Assembly (NCBI GenBank): GCA_976551045.1
Contig: CDPCPM010000091.1
Coordinates: 11,408,001-11,472,000 of the forward strand
Reading direction: 5' to 3'
DNA length: 64,000 nucleotides
From: Glaucostegus cemiculus
Taxonomy: Eukaryota
Positions 60,420 to 64,000 of this stretch are shown piece by piece; position 1 is the stretch's first letter; every line of letters begins with the position of its first letter. The position numbers were made by a program, and so were the translations under genes. Under the pieces are notes generated by a model, which was given only the letters and a program-made list of their open reading frames with translations, was not told the DNA's origin and made no database searches.

Positions 60420-60620
60420 ATCCACAGAAATTTATAGACCCTGGAAATCTGAAAGTAAAACAGAAAATGCTGGAAGCAGCAGGCCAGGCAACATCTATGG
60501 AAAGGAAACCAGAGTCCATAATTCAGGTCAAAGACCTTTTGTCAGAACTGGGAAAGAAAGAAAATGAATTAGTTTTAAGTTGCAGAGAGGTGGATAGAAT
60601 AAAGGAATATGGTGAGGGGT
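60420..60620 (-). mobile_element. Penelope-like terminus with hammerhead remnant (60513-60550)
   Basis: Reverse complement cagtt CTGACAA A AGGT-CTTTG-ACCT GAAT. Confidence 0.65.
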
Positions 60621-61069
60621 TGCTGTATGTTCTCCTGCATCTTTAAATTGTCACTTCAAGAAAATATCTTCATTCTGCTCAGTTATTATCATACAAAAGG
60701 AATCGTAGTGGCGCGGGAGTTTCAGGCTTATTGACATTCTAAAGGATTGGTAAATGGGTTTCATTCAAACAAAGACCTCGATGTTAGCATTTCTAAGACA
60801 TGACTGAAAAGGCAGGGATTTTGTAGGCTCGCTCATTACCTGCTGTCCATATTTGGAAACCTCATTAACGGCCTGATCCCCAAGGTTCAACAGTCAGCTA
60901 ATTTGAACAAACAAATGTTACTGTACGGTGTAATTTAAAAGAAAACTACTTCAAGGATTACGTTACTGGAACAATTTGGAAGATTATAAAGTTGCTCTGC
61001 GAGATGCAATTTGGGATTTAGATGATTCTTATGCACTGTGAAGTGTCCCTACAATCTCTATGTACATAC

Positions 61070-61590
61070 GTTAGTAAGAAGTAAATGCAGAAGTTGACCA
61101 TATGGCCCCCATGAGCCTTCTTTACTGTTCAATAAACTCATGACTAATCTTGTACTACAAGTCCACTTTCCCACCTGATTACTATTCAGTGATTTCTTCA
61201 GTGTCCAAAAGTCTATCAATCTCGGCTTTAAATCTATTGAAAGGCTGAGCATCTACAGACCTCTAGGGAGAAAATTGTCAAGATTTATGCCCCTCTGAAT
61301 AAAGAAGTTTCTCCTCAGCTGAGCTGTAAACAGCTGATATTGTGCCATCTCAGTTTAGATTCTCCACTTGAGGGAAAGCCCTTTCAGCATCCACCCTCCC
61401 CACCCCTGTTGGGGTTTAGCATCAATGAGATCAACTCTCATTCTTCTGAACTCCGGCTGATTCAATCCATTATTAATTTACCTCTCCCCAAAAGACAGCC
61501 TTTCCAGAATGACACCAGTAAGTTTACACTGCTGTGTCTCAAAGGCAAGTGTATTTTTACATATTGTTCATCACACTACTTAGCCAGGGC
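61070..61590 (-). mobile_element. Old CR1 3' fragment
   Basis: CR1 3' UTR (catatggcccc...) and decayed C-terminus. Confidence 0.65.
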
Positions 61591-61719
61591 CATTTAATCC
61601 TTGGGTACATTATTACGTTGTGTGCAGCTATATATTATTCTTGAACAATCCAGGCTGTAATTTTTATAAAATCAGATTGTGTTGAAATTGGAGTTGTTAA
61701 AACGACCGTGCATTATTCC

Positions 61720-62612
61720 AAAGCAGAAACAGAAAATGCTGGAAGCGCTCAGCAGGTCAAGCAGCATCAGTCAAGACCAGATCTGGATTGGATGACCTTT
61801 CATCAGAACTGGAACGTGAGAGAACAGGCATGTCTAAGTTACAGAAAAGAGGAGAGATGGCGAGAACAGTGGGAATGTCTGTAACAGGGTGCTGGCCAAT
61901 GTTGTCAAGGCAACAATTACTTTAAAACAAAATGGCAGTGGGAGACAGATGAGAAAAAAAAGAAACACGTTAAAATAGAAGGGTACAGTAACATTTGTGG
62001 ATAGGGAGAGAAAAAGGGAGTGGATACCTGAAATTGTGAATTCAGTATTAAGTCCTGAAGGCTGCAAAGTACTCAGACAGAACAGAAAGAACTGTTTCAA
62101 GAGCTTACTTTGGCCATGTGGAATAACATTCATTCATTCATTCATTCATTTATTTATTTATTTACCTGCAGCGTGGTAACAGGCCCTTTTGGCCCAACAA
62201 GTCCGCGCCGCCCATTTTAAACACCCCAAATTAACCTACCTGTACGTCTTTAGAATGTGAGAGGAAACTGGAGCACCCGGAGGAAACCCACGCAGACACG
62301 GGAGAACGTACAAACTCCTTACAGTCAGCGACGGGAATTGAACCCCGATCGCTGGTGCTGTAACAGTGTCGCACTAACCGCTTCGCTATCGTGCCATTTT
62401 GAGGCTAGCAGTACATAGGAGGCTGAAGGCAGAGACGTCAGAGTGGGAGTGGGATGGAGGATTAAAGTGACAGACAACTGGAAGCTCAAGTTCAGGTTGT
62501 GGATTGAACGAAGGCTTTCTGTAAGTCGGTCACCCAATCTGCATTTGGCTTCACCGATGTAAAAGAGATCACATCGAGAGCACCAAATGCAAGATACTAA
62601 ATTGGAACAAGT
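61720..62612 (-). mobile_element. Penelope-like 3' part (GIY-YIG remnant, half hammerhead 61786-61811) with SINE insertion
   Basis: Minus strand reads YIGEAKCRLGDRLTE..., then LSTLQPSGLNTEF. Reverse complement cagttCTGATGAaaggtc. Confidence 0.8.
62128..62395 (-). mobile_element. Young V-SINE family A with (TAAA)n(TGAA)n tail
   Basis: Family A body. Tail expanded into cattcattcatt/tatttatt. Confidence 0.92.
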
Positions 62613-62720
62613 GCTTTGGCTTGAAATAACAACTTAATTTCTCTCCATATTTACACCATCTGTCGATTTTTTTTTGCATTATTGCATTTCTTTATGAGAT
62701 ATTTCCCTGATGATATCTCC

Positions 62721-63181
62721 GGGAACCGGAGGAGTAGGTCGGAGGAAGAAGGGGATGGGGTAAAGTTAGATCAAGCAGGTAGAGAGGCTTTGGGGAAGGA
62801 GAAGCAGAGTACAGGCTATAAAAGTAGTAAGGTGGATGGACTAAAGTGCATTTACTTAAATGCAAGAAGCATCAGGAATAAGGGAGATGAACTGAGGGCT
62901 TGGATAAGTATGGGGGACTATGATATTGTGGTTATTACTGAGACATGGCTGACGTCAGGGCAGGAGCGGATATTGAATATTCCTGGTTTTCAGTGTTTTA
63001 AAAGGGATAGGGAAGGGGGAGAAGAGGAGGAGGGGTGATGATATTGGTCAGGGACGATGTTACGGCTGAGGAAAGGGTGGATTTTGCAGAAGGATCCTCT
63101 CTAGAGTCAATATGGGTGGAAGTAAGAAACAAGAAAGGAGCAGTTACTCTACTAGGAGTATTCTATAGGCCCCCCGGTAGC
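62721..63181 (+). mobile_element. CR1 ORF2 N-terminal APE endonuclease fragment, both ends truncated
   Basis: GLKCIYLNARSIRNK, ITETWL, ESIWVEV, GVFYRPP, with one frameshift near 63020. Confidence 0.9.
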
Positions 63182-63417
63182 CATGTGCACAATGACGTGC
63201 ATTATGAGGGCTCAGGACTTTTAGCACACTGGGAGTTACAGTTCTGCTCTATATGTAATATCATGATTGGACCAACACCATAAAGATCTGCTTGAAAATA
63301 AGACCATCTTCCATGTACCTATCACATTCAGATAATCAATACAAAATGGCACAGAAATTTACGTATTGATCCATATCATTGAACTTTGTTCCAGGTAATA
63401 TTATTAACAGTATTTTA

Positions 63418-63695
63418 CTTTATCTTTATTAGTCACATGTACATCAAAGCACACAGTGAAATGCATCTTTTGCGTAGAGTGTTCTGTGGGGCAGCCCGCA
63501 AGTGTCACTTTGCTTCCGGCGCCAACATAGCACGCCCACAACTTCCTAACCCGTACGCCTTTGGAATGTGGGAGGAAACCAGAGCTCCCGGAGGAAACCC
63601 ACGCAGACACGGGTAGAACGCACAAACTCCTTACAGACAGCAGCTGGAATTGAACCCAGATCGCTGGCGCTGTAAAACGTTACGCTAACCGCTAC
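63418..63695 (-). mobile_element. V-SINE family B
   Basis: Reverse complement of the family B consensus seen at 19685 and 51702. Confidence 0.9.
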
Positions 63696-64000
63696 AACTA
63701 TTTTTGATGCACTAAAATATTTACGATTGAAACTTTGCTTAGATTCTGTAACACAGATAAGTGAGTTCCCATATTTTTGCAAATCACTTTGCTTTTGTAG
63801 ACAATACCTGAGCACCAAGTTAAACCATTCCCAAAACAATTTACAAATTTGATTAAACCCAAACTGAAACATCATAAGGATGACTTAAAAGAAGCATTAA
63901 CATGTGACCTGTGCATTTCCCGATGTGCCTACACTCAGTTTAGCACAGCTGCAGCAATGATGGTAGGATGTCACCGTCTTAAAGGCACACTCTACTTGGT

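Noticed and set aside
7196-61811. Strand bias of hammerhead motifs against the transcribed strand
   Set aside because: Counts are about 7 plus and 9 minus, which shows no evident bias.

Overview
This is eukaryotic, AT-rich and repeat-dense DNA. The repeat families suggest a cartilaginous fish, probably a ray or relative (an inference). The only host coding sequence I can support is two + strand exons of TCERG1L (227-316 and 3494-3612) encoding FF-domain sequence. I could not find the terminal exon, so the remaining ~60 kb is probably one long intron. It holds many decayed retroelements: CR1, L2, RTE and Tx1 LINE fragments, several tRNA-derived SINE families, a probable solo LTR, and possible Harbinger fossils. 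Penelope-like elements (PLEs) are also abundant. The most notable unannotated signal is about 16 minimal type-I hammerhead-ribozyme motifs (CAGTC-CTGANGA-A-stem II-GAAA-CGTC-GACTG) at PLE ends, most followed by a conserved nested hairpin. One copy at 8133-8170 keeps an intact catalytic core on the pre-mRNA strand. Nearly all ORFs in the supplied track are repeat-derived or spurious. Repeat boundaries are estimated by eye.
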